A stretch of DNA of 27,024 bases, taken from assembly GCA_036676985.1 (NCBI GenBank), contig JAKFBU010000075.1, positions 1 through 27,024 of the forward strand. Reading direction: 5' to 3'. Origin of the DNA: Candidatus Sericytochromatia bacterium. Lineage in GTDB: Bacteria; Cyanobacteriota; Sericytochromatia; S15B-MN24; UBA4093. Each line of letters starts with the position of its first letter. The stretch's first letter is position 1. Of the stretch, positions 1-7,276 are shown in pieces. A model generated the notes under the pieces. The model was not told the DNA's origin, did no database searches, and saw only the letters and a list, made by a program, of their open reading frames with translations. The position numbers and the translations under genes are program-made.

Positions 1-590
1 GCCTCCTGGACGAGGCCTTCGACGTCGCGGGCCTTGAGCTCGTTCAGGGTCGCCGTCAGCCCGGCGTGCCGGTGGGTGCGCGTGACGGCGTCGTAGGTGA
101 CCTTGCCGAGCACGTCGGCGGCCGTGAGGCCGTGCAGGTCCCAGAGGAGAGAGACGGCGGTGGTGGCTGCCGAGAGCTGGACCGTCGTGCCCGAGACCGA
201 CGTCCAGCCCGTGGCCGTGAGCTGAACGAGCGTGCGCAGGCGAAACAGCGCGCTGGAGGCGCCGCCCAGGGTCTTGGTGGACTCGAGCAGGTAGAGCGTG
301 CCGAGGGTCGGCGTGAAGGTGCCGAGCGCCTGGACGGTGAAGGTCCCGTCGCTCGCGGTGAGGCCCGTGCCCTTGGCCTGGAAGGTCGCGGGGTCGATGA
401 GCGTCACCGTCGCGTTGGCCTTCACCTGCCCGGAGCTCGCCTGGGCATGATAGCTTGCCGGCACCAGGAGCTCGCCCGTGAGCAGCGGAAGGCCCTGCGC
501 CGTCGGCTGCCCGATCGGGGTCATGGGCGATGGGCGGCATCCCAGGGTCAACAGGGCCGCGAGCAGGAACGTGACGAACAACCTCATCAT
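1..590 (-). CDS. Lipoprotein with conserved QA-motif N-terminal domain; 3' end runs off the window (not in the ORF track)
   Basis: Hand translation from ATG 590: MMRLFVTFLLAALLTLGC (lipobox) ... LTGELLVPASYHAQASSGQVKANATVTLIDPATFQAKGTGLTASDGTF ... YLLESTK ... FRLRTLV ... GWTSVSG ... DVEGLVQE. Open to base 1. GGAG SD lies within the end of the upstream gene. Clear paralog of 595-2862 and 4801-5793. Confidence 0.88.
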   Translation of the reverse strand, partial: MMRLFVTFLLAALLTLGCRPSPMTPIGQPTAQGLPLLTGELLVPASYHAQASSGQVKANATVTLIDPATFQAKGTGLTASDGTFTVQALGTFTPTLGTLYLLESTKTLGGASSALFRLRTLVQLTATGWTSVSGTTVQLSAATTAVSLLWDLHGLTAADVLGKVTYDAVTRTHRHAGLTATLNELKARDVEGLVQE

Positions 591-594
591 GGCA

Positions 595-2862
595 TCACTC
601 CTGCACGAAGCCCTTGGCCGCACGGGCGATCTCGTCCGGCGTCCTGGCGTAGTCGTAGAGGCGGAACTGGTCGATGACGGCGTTGGAATGGCCGCTCACG
701 CCGTCCGCCTCGGAGCCGACGATGAACTGGGGGGCCGTCCCGAAGGTGAAGCTGGGCGTCGCTCCGCTCGTGAAGCTGCGGTACTCTACGCCGTTCAGGT
801 AGAGACGCACGTCCGCCGAGGAGGAGACCCAGGTCGCCGCCACGTGGTGCCACTGACCCTTCTGGATGAGCCGCTGGGTGTCGGCGGCGCTGAGGCCCGT
901 GCGGCGGGTCCGCGACTCGTCGCCCGGGACGTCGACGATGCCGAAGTACAGGCCCATGGTCGACATGTCCCCGAAGCGCGTCACGAACCGTAGGGTGCCG
1001 TTGTCGAGCGCGAAGTGCATCCGGTTCGCCCAGTCCGAGCTGTTGGTGAGCGGCTTGAACCAGTATTCGACCGTCCCGGTGGAGTAGTTGAAGTTTCCGG
1101 CCGTGGGGAAGGCCATGGGCGGGTTGGTGGGCGTTAACTTCTGGAGCCGGTGGCTGCTCTGATCCGCCACGAAGAGTCCGCCGTCCGGTGCGAACGCGGC
1201 GTCTCGGACGGTCTGGAACTGCCCGGGCCCGTAGCCCTGGGACCCGAACGTGCCCAGGGATCTGCCGGCCGGGTCGAACTTTTGAATGCGCTGGCCGTAG
1301 TACTCCGTCACCCAGATGTTGCCCGCGTTGTCGAGGACGATGTCCTCCGGACCGTTCATCTGCCCGGCGCCGGTGCCCAGGGTGCCCCACTGGCCCAGGT
1401 AGGTCCCGTTGGAGGCGAAGCGCTGGATGCGGTGGTTGATGCGATCGGCGACCAGGACCTCGCCGGTGGACGTGAAGTTGAAGCCCAACGGCCCGTTGAA
1501 GGCCCCGTTCACCGAGCCGCTCGCGGTCTGGACGCCCGCGGCGGTGGTCCAGACCGTTCCGTTGCCGATGCCCAGGAGGAAGGTGCCGTTCGCATCGTAC
1601 TTGAGCATCCGATTGTTCGCGTAGTCGGATACCCAGACGTTGCCCTGGGGATCGAAGCGGGCCATGTGCGGCGCGTTGAGGAAGTTGTGGCCCCCGGCGC
1701 TCGCGATGGCCGGCGCGGTCGTCCAGCCGCTCGTGCCCCCGCCGATGCCGAAGAGCAGGTTGCCCTGCTGGTCGAGCTTGAGGACTCGGCCGTTGGAATA
1801 ATCCGTCATCAGCATGGCCCCCGAGCCGTCGAGGTCGATGGAGTGGGGGTTGCTGAAGGTGCCGACGCCCGAGCCGACCGTGGCAAGGTTCCAGAGGTAG
1901 CGCAGGTCGGGCGAGAATTTCTGGAGCCGGTTGTTGTTCCGGTCGGTGGCGAAGACGTTGCCGAACCGGTCGACGGCCACGCCGGTGGTGTTGACGAAGA
2001 GGCCGGGCGCGGTGCCGTAGCCGCCGACCTGGGTGTCGGGGAGCACGAGCGAGTTGGCGAACGCCACGGCCTTGCCGCCGTCGCGCCCCGCGACGAGCGT
2101 GGCCCCCACCCCGGAGCTCGAGCCGACGGCCAGGGCGTCCTCCAGGTCGAAGATCACGTTACCGCCCTTTGGGCCGAGGCTCAGGCCGTACGTGCCGCTC
2201 GACGCGGTGTAGGTCACCCAGCGCATGGGATCCAGGTTGGCGGCGAGCGCCTGGGTCACCAGGCCCGCCACCGTGTCCACGTCCGCGGTCGTGATCCCCC
2301 CGGTCGGCGTGAAGGCCGCGCTCCCCGGGTCCAGCGTCCCCAGGAGGGACGAGGCCGACACGGATCGCAGGTCCTTGATCGCGGCGAGGGCCGTCGTCCG
2401 GGCCGTCAGCAGCACGCCCGACCCGCCGGACTGGGCGGCGGTGGTGCCGCTCAGGGACTTCCAGCGGGTCCCGTCCCACGACACCAGGGTGCGGAGGCGC
2501 AGGACGGCGCGATCGCTCGACCTGTCGAAGCTCTTGACCGCGTCCAGCGCGTAGACGGCGTTGGTGGTCGGCGTCCAGGTCACGAAGGGGTTGAGCCCGA
2601 AGGCGCCCGAGGCGTCCGTGAGGCCCGTGGCGACCACGGCGTTGCTCGCATCGAGCAGCGTGACGGTGGCGTAGGGCATCAGGTCGCTGGCGAGCGCCTG
2701 CGCGGAGCGGCCGCCCTCGACCCGGCCCCACAGCCGATCGGGCTCGGTGACGATCGCCCCGGCGCCCGTCGGTCCCGCTCCGGTCGGGGCGAGGGCCGGC
2801 TGGCACCCTCCGAGGAGGGCCAGGGTCAGGATCAAGCAGGCGCGGCGCACTGGGAAGCTCAT
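595..2862 (-). CDS. Lipoprotein (755 aa): QA-motif N-domain + NHL beta-propeller + LamG/ConA-like domain
   Basis: The true start is ATG 2862 (MSFPVRRACLILTLALLGGC), overlapping the upstream TAA (TAATG). The 5' part of the 1372-aa ORF is a shadow frame. NHL blades include GVAVDRFGNVFATDRNNNRLQKF and PEDIVLDNAGNIWVTEYYGQRIQKF. LamG motifs are GTVEYWFKP, WHHVAATW, LYLNG and IDQFRLYDYA. Confidence 0.9.
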   Translation of the reverse strand: MSFPVRRACLILTLALLGGCQPALAPTGAGPTGAGAIVTEPDRLWGRVEGGRSAQALASDLMPYATVTLLDASNAVVATGLTDASGAFGLNPFVTWTPTTNAVYALDAVKSFDRSSDRAVLRLRTLVSWDGTRWKSLSGTTAAQSGGSGVLLTARTTALAAIKDLRSVSASSLLGTLDPGSAAFTPTGGITTADVDTVAGLVTQALAANLDPMRWVTYTASSGTYGLSLGPKGGNVIFDLEDALAVGSSSGVGATLVAGRDGGKAVAFANSLVLPDTQVGGYGTAPGLFVNTTGVAVDRFGNVFATDRNNNRLQKFSPDLRYLWNLATVGSGVGTFSNPHSIDLDGSGAMLMTDYSNGRVLKLDQQGNLLFGIGGGTSGWTTAPAIASAGGHNFLNAPHMARFDPQGNVWVSDYANNRMLKYDANGTFLLGIGNGTVWTTAAGVQTASGSVNGAFNGPLGFNFTSTGEVLVADRINHRIQRFASNGTYLGQWGTLGTGAGQMNGPEDIVLDNAGNIWVTEYYGQRIQKFDPAGRSLGTFGSQGYGPGQFQTVRDAAFAPDGGLFVADQSSHRLQKLTPTNPPMAFPTAGNFNYSTGTVEYWFKPLTNSSDWANRMHFALDNGTLRFVTRFGDMSTMGLYFGIVDVPGDESRTRRTGLSAADTQRLIQKGQWHHVAATWVSSSADVRLYLNGVEYRSFTSGATPSFTFGTAPQFIVGSEADGVSGHSNAVIDQFRLYDYARTPDEIARAAKGFVQE

Positions 2863-4790
2863 TAGTACGTTACCCCCACGTCCTGGACTTCGGGCGAGTT
2901 GGCAGGGTTGCTCGTGGTGAGCGACAGGCGCACCTTGAGGTATCGCCCGGTGACGCCGACCAGGTTCCGGGCGTTGTTGCCCACGCTCGTCGCGCCCGCC
3001 ACCGCCGACCAGCCGCTCCAGGTCGCGTTGTTGGTGCTCGTCGCCACGCTCACCGTGACGTCGGTGCCCGCGGGCAGCGCCGCGACGTTGTAGAAGACCG
3101 TGCCCCAGGTCGTGCCGGTCTTGCCGCTGTCGACGCCCGGCGTCTCGTAGGTGCCGGCCGCGGCGTAGGCGCTCACGGCGGGCGTGCGATCGCCCGTCAG
3201 GCGCAATCCGCCGGTCGCGTCCGTGGGGTTGACCCCCCGCCACCGGTTGACGCGCGAGCCGTCGCGGTCGACGGTGAAGAACGTCCCGTCCGAGGCCCAG
3301 GCGATGCCCTCCGGGTTCTGGAGCTGGCCCGGAGCGGCGCCGTTGACGCCGAACCGCGAGAGCAGGGTGCCCGTGGGGGTGAAGACCTGGTAGTGGTTCG
3401 GGGTTCCGCCGTAGGCGGCCACGTAGAGCAGCCCCTGCGGGCTGATCTCGAAGTAGCCGGCGGAGCCCGCGGGCTTGTCCGCCGTGGTGCAGGACCACTC
3501 CCGCAGGAAGGTGCCGTTCGGGTCGAAGACCTGGACGCGATCGCTGCCGTCGGTCGTGTACATGTTGCCGGCCGCATCGAGGCGAATGTGCCAGGACGGG
3601 TTGAAGGAGCTCGGGGTGCTGCCCGTGGCCGTGGTGGCCGGCGGGGCGGCGCCCGCGGCCCACGTGACGCCCTGGCCGATGCCGCGCACGAAGCGGCCCG
3701 AGGCGTTGAAGACGTGCATGCGGCTCGCGATGCGGTCCGCGATGTAGACGTTGTTGCCCGCGTCCACGTCGATGCCGTAGGGCTCGAAGTGGCCGTTCGC
3801 GTTGCTGTAGGCCTGGACCGCGGGGGCCGCGGCCGGGACCGTCCAGACGGTGTTGTAGCCGAAGCCCATCAGGAAGGTGCCGTTGGCGTCGTACTTCAGG
3901 ATCCGGCGGTTGTTGCGATCGGCGACGTAGAGGTTGTCCTCCCGATCGACCATGACGCCCGCGGGCGCGTTGAAGCCGTAGTTGGTGACGCCCACCGCGG
4001 GCACCGGGGCCGCCGAGGGCGTGGCCCAGGTCGTGTCGCTGCCGATGCCGCGCAGGAAGTTGCCGTTGACGTCGAACTGCTGGACCCGGTGGTAGACGTC
4101 GTCGCTCACCCAGATCCGGTCCTTCGAGTCGATGGTGAGCATCTGGAGGTGGGTGGAGAACTGGCCGCTCAGGTTGCCGGTGCTTCCGAAGCGCGAGAGG
4201 AAGGTGTTCTGCCCCGGGTAGAACACCTCGACGCTCGAGGCGGCGCCGGCCGACAGATCGTTCATGGACGTGAAGACGCGCTGGAAGCCCAGCTGAACCG
4301 CACCGCTGCCGGCAGGGCCGTTCACCAGGCTGTCGGTGCCGGTACCCGAGCGCACGGCGACCGAGAGGCTCAGGGCGAGGTTGTTGGTGCCCGAGGCGAG
4401 CGTCACGGGCATCCGGCCCCAGCTCATCATGGTGCCCGAGGCGTTGGTGCCCGACCACCCGGCCGCATAGAGGGTGTAGGCCCCGGTCGGCAGGCCCTTG
4501 AAGTTGACGCTGGTCGCTCCGCCCGTGTTGACGGTGGCCGTCTGGTCGGGGACGCCCGCGGCCCGCAGGAGCACCTGCACCGACTGGGTGTTGGAGACGA
4601 TGGCCTGGCCGGTCCGGGGCAGGGCCACCTGGATGGTCACGGTCGCGAGCCCCGAGGCGGCCGGGGCCTGGACGGAGGTGGCGGGAGCGGCCAGGGGCCG
4701 CGCGGGCTGGCACGAAGGCAGGGCCAGCGCCGACAGGGCCATGAGCCCCCAGGTCAGATGAGTCTTGGCTGCTCGAGCGACGTTCCGCAT
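2862..4790 (-). CDS. Lipoprotein (642 aa): transthyretin/CarboxypepD_reg-like N-domain + NHL beta-propeller + C-terminal beta-sandwich
   Basis: Signal peptide ends ALALPSC. NHL blades include PAGVMVDREDNLYVADRNNRRILKY and PEGIAWASDGTFFTVD. C-terminus is WSGWS...GRYLKVRLSL...SPEVQDVGVTY. GGAAGG SD precedes ATG 4790. Confidence 0.88.
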   Translation of the reverse strand: MRNVARAAKTHLTWGLMALSALALPSCQPARPLAAPATSVQAPAASGLATVTIQVALPRTGQAIVSNTQSVQVLLRAAGVPDQTATVNTGGATSVNFKGLPTGAYTLYAAGWSGTNASGTMMSWGRMPVTLASGTNNLALSLSVAVRSGTGTDSLVNGPAGSGAVQLGFQRVFTSMNDLSAGAASSVEVFYPGQNTFLSRFGSTGNLSGQFSTHLQMLTIDSKDRIWVSDDVYHRVQQFDVNGNFLRGIGSDTTWATPSAAPVPAVGVTNYGFNAPAGVMVDREDNLYVADRNNRRILKYDANGTFLMGFGYNTVWTVPAAAPAVQAYSNANGHFEPYGIDVDAGNNVYIADRIASRMHVFNASGRFVRGIGQGVTWAAGAAPPATTATGSTPSSFNPSWHIRLDAAGNMYTTDGSDRVQVFDPNGTFLREWSCTTADKPAGSAGYFEISPQGLLYVAAYGGTPNHYQVFTPTGTLLSRFGVNGAAPGQLQNPEGIAWASDGTFFTVDRDGSRVNRWRGVNPTDATGGLRLTGDRTPAVSAYAAAGTYETPGVDSGKTGTTWGTVFYNVAALPAGTDVTVSVATSTNNATWSGWSAVAGATSVGNNARNLVGVTGRYLKVRLSLTTSNPANSPEVQDVGVTY

Positions 4791-4800
4791 GCGCCCTTCC

Positions 4801-5793
4801 TTACCGGAGCCCCGAGATGGAGAGGTTCGCCGTGGACAGCACGACGAAGGTCGGCAGGCCGTAGGTCGCCCCGTCGAACGAGACCACGAGCGGCCCGGTC
4901 GTCGCTCCGGCCGGCACGGTGCAGGTCAGCGTCCGGCGGTCGGGCGTGAGGCCCGTGACCGTCGCGGGCACCCCGTTGAAGGTCACGACGTTGTTGCCGG
5001 CCGTGGCGTTGAAGGTGAGGCCCGTCAGCGTCACGGTGTCGCCGACGCTCGCGCCCACGGCCGGGTCCGGGGTGGTCGTAACCCGGCTCGAGCCGGCGTT
5101 TGGCAAGAGGAAGGCGTTGGCGACGCTGTCGTAGGCGACAGAGGCGAAGGGGTCCTGGTCCTGGTCGAGGGCGGCCTTGGCCATGCCGAAGACCCCGTGG
5201 AACTCGCTGTTGGTGAGGTTGGCGTAGTCCTGACGCCCGTTGAAGGTGTCCGTCGTGGCGGGCGCCAGCGTGGAGTCGCTCACGAAGGTCGCGACCTTTC
5301 CGAGCAGCCCCAGGGCGTTCACGGCGCGGGCCGTGCCGCTGCGGTGGCTGACGATGACGCTGACGGTCGTCGTGCCCAGGGTGATGGCGATGGGGCTGCC
5401 GGGAATGTCGCTGGAGAGCGAGGTCCAGCCGTCCTGGTAGCTGATGATCGTCCGCAGCCGGGCGGCGTCCTTGCCCGCGCGGTTGGTCGAGAGCCCCTTG
5501 ATCGCCTCCAGGTAGTAGGTGGTGTTGGCCGCCGGTCGGAACCCCGCTCCGAAGCTCAGTCGGAAGGAGCCGGAGGCCGTGGTGAGGCTGGTGCCGAGGG
5601 TCTGGTTCGAGATCACGTCGATCAGGCTGACGGTCGCGGCGTTCCCCACGTCGCCGATGGAGGCCTGCGTCCGGTAGCCGAGGCTCGGCAGGTGGACCTG
5701 TCCGACCAGATCGGGCACGCTCGGCAGGGGGCCGAGGGTGGCACAACCGGTCAGGATGAGGCCGAGCAAGCCCAGGGTCGTTTGGCGTGGCAT
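4801..5793 (-). CDS. Lipoprotein (330 aa): QA-motif N-domain + C-terminal IPT/TIG domain
   Basis: Start ATG 5793 after GGGAG: MPRQTTLGLLGLILTGC lipobox, then YRTQA. IPT/TIG signature GDTVTLTGLTF...NNVVTFNGVPATV...LTCTVPAGATTGPLVV. Confidence 0.9.
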   Translation of the reverse strand: MPRQTTLGLLGLILTGCATLGPLPSVPDLVGQVHLPSLGYRTQASIGDVGNAATVSLIDVISNQTLGTSLTTASGSFRLSFGAGFRPAANTTYYLEAIKGLSTNRAGKDAARLRTIISYQDGWTSLSSDIPGSPIAITLGTTTVSVIVSHRSGTARAVNALGLLGKVATFVSDSTLAPATTDTFNGRQDYANLTNSEFHGVFGMAKAALDQDQDPFASVAYDSVANAFLLPNAGSSRVTTTPDPAVGASVGDTVTLTGLTFNATAGNNVVTFNGVPATVTGLTPDRRTLTCTVPAGATTGPLVVSFDGATYGLPTFVVLSTANLSISGLR

Positions 5794-5829
5794 GAGCAGC
5801 TCCCTGAGGGCTAGTCCCTCAAGCAAGGC

Positions 5830-5856
5830 ATACCCTTCAATCTTGCTCGCCAAACC
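5830..5856 (-). promoter_or_regulatory. SigB/SigF-type promoter for the lipoprotein operon
   Basis: Minus strand reads GGTTT-N16-GGGTAT, 36 nt upstream of ATG 5793. This matches the known Bacillus SigB and mycobacterial SigF consensus. Confidence 0.6.
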
Positions 5857-5976
5857 GCTCGGTGGGCGCCCTGAGCGGCATGTGAGCCGCCAGGTCCCTG
5901 GAGACGCGCGTTACGGCGCAGAAGACGCCGTTATTACGGTCGTCATGACAGGCAGGATTCTTGGAGGGGGGGCGAC

Positions 5977-7098
5977 CTAGAGGTCGGACGGAGCCGGATC
6001 CTCGTCCTGGCCCGGTCCCAGCGGCACCTGGTCCGCGGGCTCCGGCTCGGACAGCACGGGATCGACGGGCTCGGGGGTCGCAGGAGCGGCGAGCTTCGGC
6101 TCGTCCGCGCGCAGCACGCCGTTCTCGGGCAGGGGCGTCGCCTCGAGCTTCTTTTTCTTGATCCGCTTCTTCTTGTGGTGGATCCGGTACTCCTCGAGGG
6201 GGGCCGGCGTCCACATCATGGGCGGGCTCGTCTTGTCGGAGATGCGGAGCATGTAGGGCAGGTTGAAGCGCGGGTTGTCGTCCACCCGTCCCGGCACGAT
6301 GAAGCGGGCCTTGTTGCCCTGGTCCAGGTAGTAGGCCTCGACGAGCCCGTGCGACTTGGCGACCCAGCTCGTGGTCGTCATGGGCATGGGCAGGGTCTTC
6401 ATGACCACGAGCATGCCCTCGGCGTTCTTGCCGACCAGGAGCCGCTCGCGCGGGATCATGTTGTGCAGCTCCTGCTTGAGGCCGGTGTAGGGATCGCTGT
6501 AGTCAGAGGCCGGCCCGTAGTCGCTGTACAGGTGTCCGAGGCCGCCCACGAAGGCCACGTACTTCTCCTCGTAGCCCGGCCGCCAGCCGCTGTAACCGAA
6601 CTCGACGGTGCCGTAGCGCGTGAGCGCCATGTAGTAGCGCCGATCCGCGAAGGCGCGGCTGATCTCGGAGGCGACCTCCAGGTGGCCGTTGATGAAGAGG
6701 TCGCCGATGGCGTGGGCGAAGTAGTTGTTGCCCTTGTGCTCCTCGAAGAAGGGGCCGCTGAAGAAGAGCATGGCCGTCGTGTCGTTGAAGGCCATGCGCT
6801 CGACCTCCCAGCCGCGCGCCAGCTCCAGGCGGATGCCGCGCGGGTCGATGACGGCCACCTTGGCGTCCTGCGTGACCTCGAGCTTCATCTCGTCGGCGCG
6901 CGCCGCGGCCGCCGGGCTCATGTCGTCCACGATCCGGGTCATGACCATGGACTTGGCGTATTCCCCCGAGATCATGCCGACCAGAAACAGCCCCGGCAGG
7001 CCGGCGAGGCCGACCAGGAGGGGAGCTAGCCATGGGCGAGCGGGCGTGGCGCCGCGGGTCCGGGGGGCCCGTCGTTTCGAGGGAATGGATCGACTCAC
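5977..7098 (-). CDS. Membrane-anchored protein, divergent phosphodiester glycosidase (NAGPA/DUF2233)-like
   Basis: N-terminal TM segment. Motif order FSGPFF / GDLFING / RERLLVG / EAYYLDQGNK parallels family motifs INGGFF / G.li.nG / PRTAVG / A.NLDGGGS. Poly-Lys stretch, then a Pro/acidic tail. GTG start is uncertain. Confidence 0.6.
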   Translation of the reverse strand: MSRSIPSKRRAPRTRGATPARPWLAPLLVGLAGLPGLFLVGMISGEYAKSMVMTRIVDDMSPAAAARADEMKLEVTQDAKVAVIDPRGIRLELARGWEVERMAFNDTTAMLFFSGPFFEEHKGNNYFAHAIGDLFINGHLEVASEISRAFADRRYYMALTRYGTVEFGYSGWRPGYEEKYVAFVGGLGHLYSDYGPASDYSDPYTGLKQELHNMIPRERLLVGKNAEGMLVVMKTLPMPMTTTSWVAKSHGLVEAYYLDQGNKARFIVPGRVDDNPRFNLPYMLRISDKTSPPMMWTPAPLEEYRIHHKKKRIKKKKLEATPLPENGVLRADEPKLAAPATPEPVDPVLSEPEPADQVPLGPGQDEDPAPSDL

Positions 7099-7178
7099 GG
7101 ACAGTGGAGGGGCAAAGGGGCTCGGGGCGAGCCGCGAAGGGGGATCACAAGCGTTATCCTACCCAGCAGGACCCTCCA

Positions 7179-7187
7179 ATTCTACCA
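7179..7187 (-). promoter_or_regulatory. Extended -10 promoter (TGGTAGAAT) for the 5977-7098 gene
   Basis: TGn-TAGAAT on the minus strand in the divergent intergenic region. Confidence 0.45.
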
Positions 7188-7235
7188 TGGGCGCCCTTTG
7201 GGGCGCGAAGATGCTGGATCCTGAGCCCGCCTGAG

Positions 7236-7244
7236 TGTTACGAT
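7236..7244 (+). promoter_or_regulatory. Extended -10 promoter (TGTTACGAT) for the permease
   Basis: TGn-TACGAT, 32 nt upstream of ATG 7277. Confidence 0.4.
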
Positions 7245-7276
7245 GATCGCATCGTCCCTATGTACAAGAGGTGCCC

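Noticed and set aside
1-120. Possible frameshift at the window edge in the first lipoprotein
   Set aside because: Careful reverse-complement translation stays in frame (...NELKARDVEGLVQE) and matches the paralog's DTVAGLVTQA.
2863-4713. 5' half of the 1372-aa ORF, suggesting a giant protein or overlapping gene
   Set aside because: Arg/Gly/Pro-rich shadow frame of the real 642-aa gene. The real protein starts at ATG 2862 with a lipoprotein signal.
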